From Octopus sinensis (lineage: Eukaryota), in assembly GCF_006345805.1 (NCBI RefSeq), contig NC_042998.1, positions 134,850,001-134,914,000 on the forward strand: a stretch of DNA of 64,000 nt. Reading direction: 5' to 3'. The translations under genes and the position numbers were made by a program. Below, in pieces: positions 14,214 through 27,242 of the stretch. A model generated the notes under the pieces. It saw only the letters and a list, made by a program, of their open reading frames with translations, did no database searches and was not told where the DNA came from. The first letter of the stretch is position 1. Every line of letters begins with the position of its first letter.

Positions 14214-14302
14214 TAATAATCCACTGTTGTTGTGATCCCATAACTGCAGAAGTAGTACCAACGTCATGGCACCATTAGTTCGGCATTCAATTAACATCTT
14301 CT
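14214..14302 (-). CDS. THADA: THADA exon
   Basis: taattcag|...|gtaagt; phase 1 to 0; EKMLIECRTNGAMTLVLLLQL vs human DDLLQTVQSTSGLAIILFIK. Confidence 0.85.
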
Positions 14303-16948
14303 CTGAATTAAAGAACAGAAACTTATGAATATCAATATAACAACAGAACAAATTAAACATTCATCATCATTTAACATCTGTTTTTTACATGCTGGCATGG
14401 GTTGGATGGTTTAACAGGAGCTGATCAGTTAAAGAGTTGTCCAGGCTCCAAGTCTGTTTTGGCATAGTTTTTATGGCTGGAGCCCTTCCTAATGCCAACC
14501 ACGTTACAGAGTGTACTGGGTGCTTTTACACAGCACCAGCATGAGGGAGCTGATTTTTATGTGACACTGGCACCTACAAGCCTGCGAGATTAGGATCACT
14601 CAGCTGAAAAGGGATGCAGGGGGCATGCCTGTATGCAAGGACAACTGCACTTTTGCTTAGCTTGATGTGTCTTCTCAAGCACAGCAATCACCTGAAGTTT
14701 CAGACCCTCATTTCCAATAACAAAGACAACAGAATTGTTAGTGTCAGAAAAAATGTTTTGCAACATTTTTACTCTTTCCTTACACACTGAGTTCAAATTC
14801 TGCCAAGGTTAACTTAGCCTTTCTTCCGGCATAATAAAATAAATACTAGTCAAGTACTGAGGTCAATGTAAGGGATTAAACCACATCACTTAAAAATTAC
14901 TGGCCTTGTGCAAAATTATTTCTAATAGCTCATATTTTCAAAGGGCTTTACAAAAGAGAAACAGCTTAACTCCTAAAAATCAGAATATGCTTAGATGTCA
15001 CTTGCATGCAAGTATGACTTGGTAGTTTGTAGCATGTTTTTACTAATTGTTTTAGGTGTCTACATAATTGCAAGAATAGTGCTCCTCAGTGTTTTACATA
15101 GCAAGTCATTGAGGATGTGACAGATGGGGAGGGGGAGAGAGAGAGAGAGAGAGAGAGAGCTGCACCAGCACTCAGTTAGTACACATCTACAGCTAAATAG
15201 AGTGGAGCAGTGTGAAATAATGTGTCTTGCTCAAAAAGGACAACATGCCATCCAGTCCAGGAACTGCACTCAGGAATGTGACATGATTATGAGCCCAACA
15301 CTCTAATCACAAAGCCATGTTGTATGGTTAGGGCATTAGGTTCACAATCTTTAAAATGCTGACTCTCAAGGAGAAACATTAAATTCAGGAATAGCAAAAC
15401 AGATAAACAGGTATAAAGTGAAAGTACAAACTACCATGGAACGAAGTCATTGTAACAGACTGAAAACAGTGGTGGGAGCACTGAAAAATAAGACAGTGCA
15501 TCATTATCATTTAATCATTATCTTTTACTTGTTTCAGGCATTGAGCTGTGGCCATGCTGGGGAACTACTTTGACAGGTTTAGTCAAACAAATCAACTCTA
15601 GTACTTATTTTGAAGTCTGACACTTATTCTACCAGTCTCTTTTGCTGAACTACTAAGTTACAGAGATGTAAACAAGCCAATACTTGTTGTGGGGGTGAGA
15701 TGACAGACTCAGACACAAAGACACACAGGTAAATCATCACCATTTACTGTCTAATTTTCCATGTTGGCATAAGTTGAACGGTTTCACAGGAGCTGGTACG
15801 TCAGAGAACTGCACCAGGCTCAGATGCCTGTTTTGGCATGGTTTCTATGGAGGTGTGTGGCTTCATGGTTAGGGTGTTGGCTTCATGATTACAAGATTGT
15901 GGTTTCAATCCCTGGACCAGGTGACGTATTGTGTTCTTGAGCAAAACACTTAATTTCATGTTGCTCCAGTCCACTCAGCTGGCAAAAATGGGTAATCCTG
16001 CAACAGACTGGCATCCTGCACAGGCGGGGAATTTATACACCTTGGAAACTGGGAAACCAGCCTTTATACGTCAGCATGACTTGAGAAGGTTAAAATAAAA
16101 AAGTTTGGCATGGTTTCTACAGCTGGACATCCTTCCTAATGCCACTTTACAATGTGCACTGGGTGCTTTTTATGTGACACCAGCATCAGCAAGGTCACCA
16201 AGTAATTTGCAAGACAAAGACCCTTTTATAGGAATAAGCAGCAGGAATATTTAACATAGAAATTAAACCTTAATCACTATGTCTAATGCAAAAAGACAAC
16301 TCAAGGATACGATTGCAATTTTCTAGAATATTACCAACATCATAAAATAATCTGACCATCCAAGACTTCTCGTGAAACCAGATCTAATAACAATTTCATC
16401 TTTAGTGCACTTTTTCTGAGCAAAACCACCACTCAGCACATTGGAGCGACTGCTGACAGAGAGCAAACATCAGACTGGATACAGAAGACAGTAGCAGTTG
16501 AGAGTAGCACAACCAGCAGCTGGCTAGAGTGCTGTCACAACAATGGACAGACATCGACCACAACATACAATGATCAGCTAACAGCACAATAGCAACTACT
16601 ATGATACCTAGTCCAAGAACAATAAGCTTCAATCTATCTCAGTGTTTGATGTTCGTAGTAACATTTTTTTTTGTTTACAATAAAAATTAATATATTTTTT
16701 ACCAAAATTCACAAACAGATTTCAGTGGTCTTATCATAATTTATATACACACACAGAGACATACAATGGGCTTCCACACAGTCTCTGTCTATCATATTCA
16801 CTCAAAAGGGACTGGTCAGCCCAGAACTATTGTAGAAGACACTTACTCATGGTGCCATGCAGTGGGACAGAACCCAAAATTATGTACTTGCAGAGTAAAC
16901 AGGATGCATTTAAGCACAATGACATAATATTTTGATCATTAACATTAC

Positions 16949-17051
16949 CTTCTTGGATGAGAATTAAAGCTGTTGATGCCAGCTGTGCTGAAATTGTGTC
17001 CATTTCATCAGTGTTGGAAGATATTGCATTGGTATAAGCTGCAGAGAATTT
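16949..17051 (-). CDS. THADA: THADA exon
   Basis: ttttacag|...|gtaatg; phase 0 to 1; KFSAAYTNAISSNTDEMDTISAQLASTALILIQE; phases fit the next exon. Confidence 0.8.
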
Positions 17052-17159
17052 CTGTAAAACTTTATTCACTGCTTTCGATGTCGACAGACAGTGATGCATG
17101 ATTTCATTGCATTGTACAGGTGGGATGTTGGTGAGGCTAACAAAGAAACAGAGACATAC

Positions 17160-17640
17160 ACTAGGTGATGACTTGACAACTACAACATTGGTAATGGAAG
17201 AAGTAGTGGTAACAGTAGATGAAGTGATAATGATAGATGTATTGATAATGATGGATGTAATGGTAATGACAGAAGTAGTGGTAATGACAAAAGTAATGAC
17301 AGTGGTAGTGGTAATGATAAAGATAGTGGTAATGACAGAGATAGTGGTAATGACAGAGATAGTGGTAATGACAGAGATAGTGGTAATGACAGAGATAGTG
17401 GTAATGAGAGGTAGTAGTAATGACAGAGGTAGTGGTAATGATGGAAAAAGTGGTAATGATGAAGGTTATAACAGTAGTAATGATAAAGGTAGTGGTAATG
17501 GTGGAGGAAGTGGTAATGATGGAAGTGGTGGTAATGATGGAAGTAATGGTAATGACAGGTTAGTGGTAATGACAAGGAGATTGATAATGATGGGAAACAA
17601 TTATAATAGCTATAACAGTGGTGATAATAGTCAAGGGTAA
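17160..17640 (+). repeat. GGTAATGACAGAGATAGT-type 18-bp minisatellite
   Basis: Perfect units at about 17310-17410, degenerate outward; explains ORFs 17098-17640 and 17180-17656. Confidence 0.9.
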
Positions 17641-18066
17641 AAGCAATGAAAACCAATGAGTGTTCTCATGTCTGGGTCAAATAGACATGACCTACCATAA
17701 CTATTTTGTTTTTTTGTTTTTTCAGACTATACCTTTCTTTTAAAATGGTAGAGCATGATTTAAAGGAGATTTGGTTGTTACTTCCACCAGTTCAAACAAC
17801 CAGGTAGTGGTTACTTTGTTAACCCAAGAACATTTAAGTCTTATTATGTTAATAAGGAGATGATGATAATGATATGGAAAGTGGTAATGAAGATCTGCAA
17901 TAATAATACAAGACAGGTAGTAATAGAAATGTATGAGAAAGGAATATTGATGGGACTCTGATAGTAACAGGGACAGAAGTTGAAAAGATGAAACAGAAAG
18001 ACAAGTAAATATGAATTGAGACGAGTTTTGAAAATGACATATAAATACACACACACACACAATCCA

Positions 18067-18221
18067 AATAAGACAAAGAAATACTTTAACATATCTTTAA
18101 TAATTAGTTACAATTGTTTCTGTACCAACTCTTCTTGCAATGCCAGTTACAAGCAGAGTTTTACAGAAACAATTGTAACCGATCATTAAAGATATGCTAA
18201 AACATTTCTTTGTCTTCTTAT
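18067..18221. repeat. MITE-like fold-back (arms about 60 bp, spacer about 37 bp)
   Basis: aataagacaaagaaatac...aattgtttctgta is the reverse complement of tacagaaacaatt...tttctttgtcttcttatt. Confidence 0.8.
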
Positions 18222-18292
18222 TCAGATTATATTTTACTCTTCACTAAACCAACACAACAGTTTTACTGTTGCAAAACCAAGATTTTCTACAC

Positions 18293-18361
18293 CTGAAGAA
18301 TTTTGGTATAAGTTTGGAATCCAACAGTGTTGGTACCCAAGAACTCAGGTTGAGTGCTTCT
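18293..18361 (-). CDS. THADA: THADA exon (5' phase discordant with preceding exon; see findings)
   Basis: tttccag|...|gtgtag; 3' part VGFQTYTKILQ|K resembles human VGIRVSMMLVQK. Confidence 0.7.
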
Positions 18362-18730
18362 CTGGAAATAGCTTACCTGATCTTAGATTATATTTATATA
18401 TATATTTAGATCAAGTTTATTGAGGTAGATTTTCTATGGCAGGATATCCTGCTTGTATTATACTGCTTATGCAATGTTAAGACAAGAGGACACAAACACA
18501 CACACACATAAACTTCTTTCAGTTTCTGTCTACCAAAATCAACTTCCAAGGCTTTGGTTGGTCTGGAACTATATCGAGGACACTTGCCTAAGGTGCCATG
18601 CAATGGAACTGAACCTGAAACCACATGAGTTGCAAAGTGAGTTTCTTAACCACACAGCCATGGCTGCACCTATATATATGAACTAATAAAAATATTTTAC
18701 AGTTATATATTAAAAGTTTGCTGTACTTAC

Positions 18731-18779
18731 CTGAGAACAGTGAGGAATTCCTGGAGACACTGAGATAAAAATTTTATCA
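18731..18779 (-). CDS. THADA: THADA exon
   Basis: ttttccag|...|gtaagt; phase 1 to 2; VIKFLSQCLQEFLTVL vs human VLHFLQKSLIEIL. Confidence 0.8.
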
Positions 18780-19419
18780 CTGGAAAAATAGATTAAACAT
18801 CAATATGTCATCATCATAATCATCATCATTTTGAAGTCTACATTTCTATGTTGGGGTTGGAAAGGTGAGCAATGTGAAAAAATTATCATCCACCTCAATC
18901 TCTTTCATGAGGTCAAACAATCCCAAGATCTAATCATATCCTCTTCATCCATGTCCACTGAGGGCACTATGAACCAACATGAGAGTAGTAAAAACCGGTT
19001 AGAAGTAAAAACTGCCTTCAAATCACATCCTACCATCTTAAAAGAGGAAGGACACATTGAATATTGTATTCCTAGAACACTATATCTAGAAAGAAAGACA
19101 GTTGGAGCATAACTGGAATGCCTTTGATCATAGATCTGCTTTATTGGGGTGACCTAGGTGAAACAACAACAGCAGAGGGCAGGACATATAATTTGATAAT
19201 AACTAAAAACTTAAATGAAACTTAGGAACAGGCATGGTTATTTGGTTTAAAAGGTCACTTCACAGTCTTGAGGTTCCAGGTTCAATTCCAGTTTGTGCCA
19301 CCTTGGGTGTCTTCTACCATAAGAGTGAAATTTGGTGATGGTGGTGTTCAAAATGGGTAAGTGGAGCAAAATGAAAACTTTTTGATTTCTTGTTATTTTC
19401 TCCCTAACTATTTGAACCA

Positions 19420-20250
19420 TTACAAGTATTGCATCATTATTTTGGGGAGTGAAAATAAGTCAGCATAGTTGATACTGAAGTTGAGAGGGTTTGAAATGTA
19501 GTCGGGTGACAGATCCTTTTTTTTAAAGAAATTCTTCCTCAACTTCAACCCAATTGTAATTGAGGTTGCTGATAAAATAGTTAGATAATTGTAGGTGTTT
19601 AACAATCAATATTCTTTTCTCTGTTGGATTCCAAATAAATTTTTTCTCATTTGATAATATTCAATTTTCAAAAAGTTATGTCTAAAATGGAGTAAAATGT
19701 ATAACGACAAATTTCAGTAATTTCTTTACAGCATGATAAATATATCAGGAAGGAGCCACTTCATCAGCTCATGAAGAAGCTCTGGAGAATATTTTATGAT
19801 GAGTTTTTTAGATTTAGTCATATCATGCACAATTTTTCTGAGAGCTGCTTTCACTTGACCAAGATATTTAAAATTTTTATTGCATTTTTGCTCTATCTTT
19901 CTCATGTCCAAGGATGGATATTGATGTGCATGAGTCTTTTTTCAAATGTAATTCTAGAGAACTGAAGAAACAAATTTACCATAGCTTTATCTTACTTGTG
20001 TTGCCCCAGCTAAATTTGTCTTTTATATGCTCAAAGAGAACAGAGATAATTTTCTGAAATAGTGTTCCGAATATGTTATAGTGCTTTTAATGCATTTAAA
20101 GAAGGTCATTTGTTTAGCTGACATAGTTTTTTGTAAGTTAGAGAACACTTGTAAAAACATTTTTTTTCTCAAAATCAAAAATTCAGTAAATATTACCCAT
20201 TGTGCCCAACCTTCCAGGCAAAAACTGAAAGCCAATCAGAAAGATTGAAC
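19420..20250 (-). pseudogene. Decayed hAT (Charlie/SPIN/ZBED-like) transposase
   Basis: Ordered minus-strand remnants TQVR*SYGKF (like EVRWLSRGK), VKAALRKI...KYSPELLHEL and NFF..DLSPDYISNPL (like YF..D...WIRNPF), with stops and frameshifts. Confidence 0.5.
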
Positions 20251-22124
20251 CTACTCTTGGCTGGTAGATCTACTCCAGCACCATCTTATTCTTGGAGGTC
20301 TTCAGTGAAGACCATTCTGAAGCAAGCATTCAGATCAGGTTGCCAGTCTGAGAATAATCCATAAATTTTGATCTCACTCCTGCTCACATCCTGCCTTGTA
20401 TGATGTGAGCAGGAAGGATTTCATAAGCAAAAGTACTTATAATTATTGCCCTTTTCTACTAACCACCAAGAAAGAAACTGGTCTTTTTAATAAAGTACAT
20501 AATTTTAGACTAGTGATGACTAATCTGATCTGGCATTTTGTTTTATAGTGCACCAGATAGAGCAAAATATATTTCATGAAAGATGATATCCCTGCTTTCA
20601 TATCTTCATATCTTCCTGATAATTCTCACAGAAAAAAATAAGACAAGTCAATATAGCTGATCTTATCACAATCGCCAAGTTAATAGTCTTATACAAAGTC
20701 AGCACTGTAAGTTAACAAAACAATTATCTATTTACAGAAGTCTTACCAGACAAAGCAACAAGGTGTAATTGCTTATAACTAAAAGATTGGGCTATTATTG
20801 TAGACTTAATGTAGTATCTATGACAGGAAACTACCAACCTTGTAATTAGCAGCCTTGTACTCTATTTACCAACCTAATTGATACTTTCTAAATTTGGTTC
20901 ACAAACAAAATATAACAGCTGCTAAACAGAAAATTCATATCCCATTGACATCAACTTTTTGCCTTTCATCTTTTCAAAGGCGATTAAATAAAAAGTATGA
21001 AACCAGATGATGAATTAGCAGATATGATTCCAAGAAAATTAGATATGATACTTTGTGGTATTCTATCATACTCTGTCTATGCTGAGTTTTTAAATCGTTA
21101 CTTTAATCTGTTGCCTGGTTTAACACCAAGTCTTGCTCCAAGGGTGCCTTAAGCAGAGTTTATTCTATTGCAAGCATTTATATAAGGTCTCTGGTTTGAG
21201 GATAACTTCTTTCCTTCTGACTAGTCTCAGGGTCTTTGATAAAAATAAAGGGTCATGGTGAGTGTTGCCTTTCTCCTTCATGACTAAACAGTGAAAAAAC
21301 AAATGTCAAAAGTTACTAGTATAGTACTGAGCATAACAGTTGACTTCCTCCTCATCATCATCATTTAAAGTCCATTTTTCCATGCTGGTATGGACCAGAT
21401 GGTTTGGTTTGACAGGATTTGGTGAGCTGCACCAAACCCCAGGGTCAGCTTTGATATCTATGGCTGGATGTCCTTCCTAATGCCAACTACTTTACAGTGT
21501 GTACTGGGTGCTTTTTTCATGTCACTAGCAGTAGAAAGGTTGTTAACTTGTAAAATGAAAAAAATAACAGGGAGAAAAGGGGAAAAGAAAACTCATGATT
21601 AAGGTTGGGCTGGGAGAAAATTGAAAGGGGAGACAGGTGGCTATATGCCAATATAATAGAGGGACAAGTACAGGTCCCTACTGAGGAGATATATGGCTAT
21701 GCTACATTATATAAAAATGGGTAGAAATAATTGGGAAGAACATAAAGATAGTAGTGATGGGGGTCTTCCTTAAAGCCTGCTACTGAATAACACAAACAAT
21801 CATACCACAGTTGGGTGAGTACCTAGTAAATTTGAAATTGCAACCTAGATTTCATTGTTTGCTGTAGCTCTTCCACTTCATCTACATTGCATATGTTCTT
21901 GAAAATGACGTTAATGTCACAACTCTTAAGATTATTACTTTAATGTGACAAGGCTGTTTACTAGCTGATGAATAGTTTAAATTTGATCATAAAGAGTGAA
22001 ACAACGGACTCCATTTATTACACAAATATTTGTCTATTTACACTCCATCATTAAAAGGTTTTAGAGAATAAACAGTAAAGACTTTCTATTTTCTATATCA
22101 CTGAATATATTAAAAGTTACTTAC

Positions 22125-22157
22125 CTGGCATGCATTGTTTTCTCAAACTTTCTTCTC
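22125..22157 (-). CDS. THADA: THADA 33-nt exon
   Basis: ttttacag|...|gtaagt; phase 1 to 1; (G)EESLRKQCMP follows ENFTLG, as GRASV follows ENFNL in human. Confidence 0.8.
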
Positions 22158-22699
22158 CTGTAAAATAAAAGAATATTTAACATTACCATATAATGTATGC
22201 TCATTAAAATATAGTATGTGTGATTAGAATCTTGCAAAACGAATTGATAAACGTATATATACATAAATATATACACACATGTAACGGCACACCTAGAGGC
22301 AGAAAACATTCGTTCCTGGGTTACGTGGAGAAAGGAGGTAACTCTTTGTGAAGTAACCTTCAGAAACTGATTGTCTTCCTTACATCAATTGGTCATAAAA
22401 AAAATTTTTAAATATTGCTTTTTATATCAGATTTATGTCTTTAAAAGTTTTTAACATATTTACTTCCGGTTTTCTAGCATCAGTGACGTCTATATCTCTC
22501 TGTCCATCTCTTCCTATCTATATCTATCTTATTTGTCTAACTAGCTAGATCTCTCTCTCTCTCTCTCTTTCTCCCTCTCTCTATATCTCACTCACTCTCT
22601 ATTGTTTTCACTTTCATTTTTCAGATGCTTTGGTTCCACTTTAAGTTCAATGATTATTGTTTTCACTGTAAGTTTTCATTCACTATTTATAAGGTCGTC

Positions 22700-23065
22700 G
22701 TCAAGTATGAAATTTGTAGAAAAGAAAAAAGTTTACTAATGTTTTATAACTACAAGGAATAGTTTTATTCATCAAAGTATGCACCCATATCATCAATACA
22801 CTTTTGCCATTCCAGCAGTAGCTTATCCAACCTGGAACTGTAAAAGCCTGGCAATCTAGAGTCAATAAATCTTGGAAGACCTGTTTTAAAGTATCGTCAG
22901 AATTAAATTTTTTTTCCTGTCAAAAAGTTATCCAAATTCTGGAAGAAATGGTAGTCAGAGGGGGTAAGATTGGGTGAGTATGGCGGATGATGGAGAACTT
23001 CCAACTCCAACTCCAGTAGATTCGCCAATGTCATTTTTGCGATGTGTGGTCTGCCATGAAGTTAA
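22700..23065 (-). mobile_element. Mariner transposase 3' fragment
   Basis: EVLHHPPYSPNLTPSDYHFFQNLDNFLTGKKFNSD (YSPDL motif, D34D third aspartate). Confidence 0.85.
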
Positions 23066-23085
23066 ACAAAAGAAAATATACAAAC

Positions 23086-23252
23086 CCAAGGTGAAATTTT
23101 CTAGTAAGTTCAATATTGCTTCAATCAAAGCTCTTAAGTGGTCGTGTTGGTGATGAGACATGTTCCAGAAATTACTAATTAGATGGCTTATTTCTTGCTC
23201 AATTTGGGTAGCGATACAACTCTGGCTGGCAGGTGGGAAACTTTGGAACAGA
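23086..23252 (-). CDS. THADA: THADA exon
   Basis: tatttag|...|gtttgt; phase 2 to 1; SLFQSFP...EAILNLLENFTLG vs human SLNSLP...NISSCMENFNLG. Confidence 0.85.
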
Positions 23253-23587
23253 CTAAATAAGATAAAGAATGTGATGGAAATTAGCAAATATTTCGGGGCG
23301 AGGGAGGAGTGTACATGCGGTTCATTAACACCAATAATAAAGCTAATAATATTTTAAAATATTGAAATTTTAAAATATTGAAAATTTAATACTGTTCTTT
23401 GTTACAAATTTTTTTCTATTTACTTATTTGTCAGGTTAGGAATCTTTTTTTTTTTATTGCTGGTCTTCAAAAGCGTAGAATGACTGGTCATAATATCAAT
23501 AAGTAATATATACTGTGAAATGCTGTCATTCAAACACATGCACACACAAACACAATTATACAAATATTTTTTTGAAGAAAAGATTAC

Positions 23588-23712
23588 CTTTTAAAAACAT
23601 TTTTCAAAGGATGTCGAGTTGGATAACGAATGTAGATAGCTACCATAACATCAACAGCAATCTGAATATGTTCTGACTGTATGTCATGTTGAGCCTTTAA
23701 TAGTCCAATAAT
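23588..23712 (-). CDS. THADA: THADA exon
   Basis: ccttatag|...|gtaatc; phase 0 to 2; IIGLLK...IQIAVDVMVAIYIRYPTRHPLKNVF vs human IVPLLE...IQSCLDILAGIYLSLSLKNPLKKVL. Confidence 0.85.
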
Positions 23713-24422
23713 CTATAAGGAGAAAAATATAATTTTACACAGCTTTACAAGGGAGATAATCATTTTTTATACTAATTGCTGGAACTACAAAATTGACCAA
23801 CCAGCATCAGCTGTAATCTCAGCTATAACAATGAAAGAGCATCAAGGTGATCGTTTGAATTGTTAGAAATAGCAACTAAATCTCTCTCAAATTACATACT
23901 ATGTTTCAAAAGTGAAGAATATGTTGGATACTGTGGACCAAGATACATATATCTGGATAGGCTGGAATGTCTTTGATTATGAGCTAGCTTAATCAGGGAT
24001 GACATAATATCTATGGGTTGGATGGAGTATGGTGAGATGGATTTCTACAACTGGATGCCTTTTCTGTTGTCAATCTCCAAGCCAGATATATTTTCACAAA
24101 AGACTGCAAACGAAGGACACCACTTGCCTGATAGTGACAATCCTTTAGAACTATTGTGCAATGTTAAGACAAAGGCACACCAACAGGCACATACACACAC
24201 ACACACACACATATATAATGGGATTCCTTCAGTTTCTGTCAAGCAAATCCACTCACAAAGCTTTGGTTGGCCCAGGGCTATAATAGAAGACACTAACCTA
24301 AGGACTGAACCCAAAACTATGAGATTGCAATGCAGAATGCAGGACAGTGTGCAGTATGCGTGTTTATGTAATTACTCATTGTAAAATGTACAAAGACTCA
24401 GGGTGCTCATACGTATACATAC

Positions 24423-24517
24423 TTTTTTGGGGACTTGCAATAATTCTTTATCATTTGTGCAAGTGAATAATTCTGATAAATGAACAAATAAAACTGGATG
24501 TTCTTGCAAATCAGGCT
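24423..24517 (-). CDS. THADA: THADA exon
   Basis: tatttcag|...|gtatgt; phase 1 to 0; PDLQEHPVLFVHLSELFTCTNDKELLQVPKK, positionally like human LASLLLHCVQLTDGVSQIHYIKQ. Confidence 0.75.
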
Positions 24518-24859
24518 CTGAAATAGAAACAAAGAATAAATAGCATGAATATAGGATTTTTTATAAATACTTTACAAAATATGCAACTGACTGATGGCAA
24601 ATTAATATTAAGATAATAATGATGATGATGAATTTATTGTATGCAATATTCAGGTGCACTACAACTCACTGGGAAAGGGTAAAAGAGGGGACATAAAACA
24701 GCAATAAGTTGAGTAAAGAAAAACAGCAATAAGTCGAGTAAAGAAAGACAGCAATAATAGCCAAAAATGCATGAATAGCACACAAAATAAAACATAAAAA
24801 GACAGAAAAGTGAATAGTAAAAGAGCCACTAGAAAGATTATATATATAAATCAGGGGTA

Positions 24860-24990
24860 TTGAATTTCAGGATGCATGGAGTTTTTGATAGTTCTCTGAT
24901 GGTTAACAACTGAAGCAAGTAGTTTACTCCATACTTTGACAATTCTGAGTGTGAAAAAATGTTTCCAAAAGTCATGTGTATGGTGCTGTT
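24860..24990 (-). mobile_element. CR1/L2 LINE 3' fragment
   Basis: Minus-strand HFFTLRIVKVWSKLLASVV, like FFS.RVV..WN.LP..VV. Confidence 0.65.
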
Positions 24991-25500
24991 GTTTGTTTTT
25001 TTTTAAGTATATCAATGGGTGGAAAAGATATTGGTTTCAAATTTTGGCTAGCAATTTCACGAGGAAGGTCAATTATATCGATCCTATTATTCAACTGGTA
25101 CTACTATTATTCAAACGGATGAAAGGCAAAGCTGACCTTACTGAAATTTGAACTCAGAATGTAAAGACGGATGAAATGCTAGTAAGCATTTTGCCTGGTG
25201 TGCTAACGATTCTGCCAGCTTACTGCCTTAATGGGTGGAAAAGATACTGAATTCTAAAAGGTGGCCAAAGTTGTTGAAACTTTAATGTGCTGATGCCTAT
25301 AGAAGCAATATGTTCAAGATATGGTAAGTGCTTGAGGGAAGGTGTTCATCTTGTTGCATGTCTCTGAATAACTCCCAGCAAATTGATATTCTAGACAAGA
25401 CAGGAATTCCATACTAGAAAGGCAAATTATAATTATGAATGTACCTTATCTATACACACCTTTAAATAGATGGCTGTAGAGAGGCTGACACAAATCTTAC

Positions 25501-25570
25501 CAAATGATACTAAGACATCCTCACATTGGACAAGCCATAGGCAACATCTCCAGTGGCAGGAAACAGGCCA
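25501..25570 (-). CDS. THADA: Tentative second THADA coding exon
   Basis: ctctag|...|gtaaga; open phase 0 to 1, which bridges 30686 and 24517, but the W/C-rich translation shows no clear homology. Confidence 0.2.
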
Positions 25571-26705
25571 CTAGAGATGTATGGGAAATATTATACACAT
25601 CAAGTGGCTGAACAAATGCAGAAATGTCAGCATACTCAAGCAGGTTAATATCCCTTACAGTGAAACTATGAGTACATGGCATCAAATATGATGAAACAAC
25701 TACATCATGTGAATGCTGGAATATTGGTTATCCAAACAACTGTTTTATTCCCAGCTGGATGAAGGAAAGCACACATGAGACCAAAATGTACTTGATTGAA
25801 ATTTGAAGTGGAGCATTAATCTATATGAGTGGATATTGTTGTAATTCTGTGAAGGCCCAGAGCTGAACAAAGCTCTGTGAATGGATCTGGTAGATGGAAA
25901 CTGAAAGAAACCCATCAGGTGTGTGTATGTGCCTGTGCATGCACTTCCTAGGTTTGATATTGTGCAACTGTTGCAAAATGAGCATCATCCTCATACTTTT
26001 GGTGTCATTTGTTTCAAGTATATATCCAATTATTCCTACCCATCTCATACCTTGAAGATCCACCCTGACACCTAACTCTATTTTTATTACTTTTTAGCTC
26101 CACCCAATTACTCCCACCATCCCTTCTAAAATATGAGTTCTACTTTGGCCCATTTCTCTCATATATCATCCCTCTCTATTCCTTGCATAAAGTTGTCTCC
26201 TTGAGATTTATAGTATTGCAGGCTGCAGGGCAACCTCACTAGTGCTGGTGGCATGAAAAGAGCATCCAGAACATTCCGTAAAGTAATTAGCATTAGGAAA
26301 AGTATCCAGCCATAAAAACAATGCCAAAGCAGACACTGGAGCACCCTTGAACCCATCAGATGCTACCAAACCACTTGACCTATACCAGCATGAAATGTGG
26401 ACATCAAATAATGATGATACTACCATGAGGCAATGAGATAGAAAAATTATTACCATACCAAAAGAAAAAAATGCTTAGCAGCATTTCTTCCAATTTTACA
26501 TTCTGAGTTTAAATACTGCCAGGACTGACTTTGCCTTTCAGGTTTGATAGAATAAATATCAGTTGAACACTGGGGCTGATGTAATTGACTTACAACACCC
26601 TCCCACAAAATTGCTGGCCTTGGTTGTGTGGTAAGTAGCTTGCTTACCAACCGCATGGTTCCGGGTTCAGTCCCACTGCATGGCACCTTGGACAAGTGTC
26701 TTCTA

Positions 26706-27242
26706 TTAGGTTGTCAAGAAAGTCCTTGCAGAATTTTAAATTTTGGTTTTAAATGATGTATTTTCAAACTAATTTTCATTAAATTACTTTGACTTTATAT
26801 ATCATTTTAAAGCCCGTTTTTCGTTTTATCTAATCGTGTTACTCTTTTTGAATAATTAGGCCATTTTTTCCAGAATGCTGAATACAACATGGACAAAAAG
26901 CAAATTCGCACAATTTTCTTATTCCAGTTCAAGGCCAAAAAGCTGCTGAAACAGCTCACGATATCAACAATGCATTTGGCCTAGGAACAACTAATAAACG
27001 TACAGCATAATGGTGGTTCAAGAAATTTCATATCGGTGACGAGAGTCCTGAAGATAAGCATAATGGTTGGCCATTGGATGTTGACAACAATCAACTAAGA
27101 GCCTTAGTTGAAGCCAATCCATGCACAACTGTTTGAGAGTTTGCTTCTGAATCAGACGTAATGTATACAATTTCCAACCATTTGAAATATGTGCATCTGA
27201 ATTTAAAGGTTAAAAACTGCAAGAACTTTCTTGACAACCTAA
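26706..27242 (+). mobile_element. Internally deleted mariner inserted into a family-B SINE
   Basis: TIRs ttaggttgtcaagaaagt / actttcttgacaacctaa with TA TSD; MDKKQIRTIFLFQF...WWFKKF HTH remnant; the SINE resumes in register after it (26620-27600). Confidence 0.9.

Noticed and set aside
16402-16632. Hydrophobic 76-aa ORF
   Set aside because: No splice signals that fit the THADA phases and no family motif
17098-17656. 180-aa and 158-aa ORFs
   Set aside because: Translations of an 18-bp minisatellite
22293-22378. Apparent THADA first exon (ATG 22309, MFSASR...) whose frame stays open through later exons
   Set aside because: True homologous exons exist upstream (23086-23252 ends ENFTLG) and need the other frame; treated as an intronic pseudo-exon
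22462-22491. ETS (ACTTCCGG) and CRE-like (TGACGTC) motifs suggesting a promoter
   Set aside because: They lie inside a THADA intron; short motifs alone are not evidence, although an internal promoter is not excluded
22625-22667. Plus-strand exon-like segment suggesting an antisense gene
   Set aside because: No partner exons or ORF; the CpG depletion is fully explained by THADA
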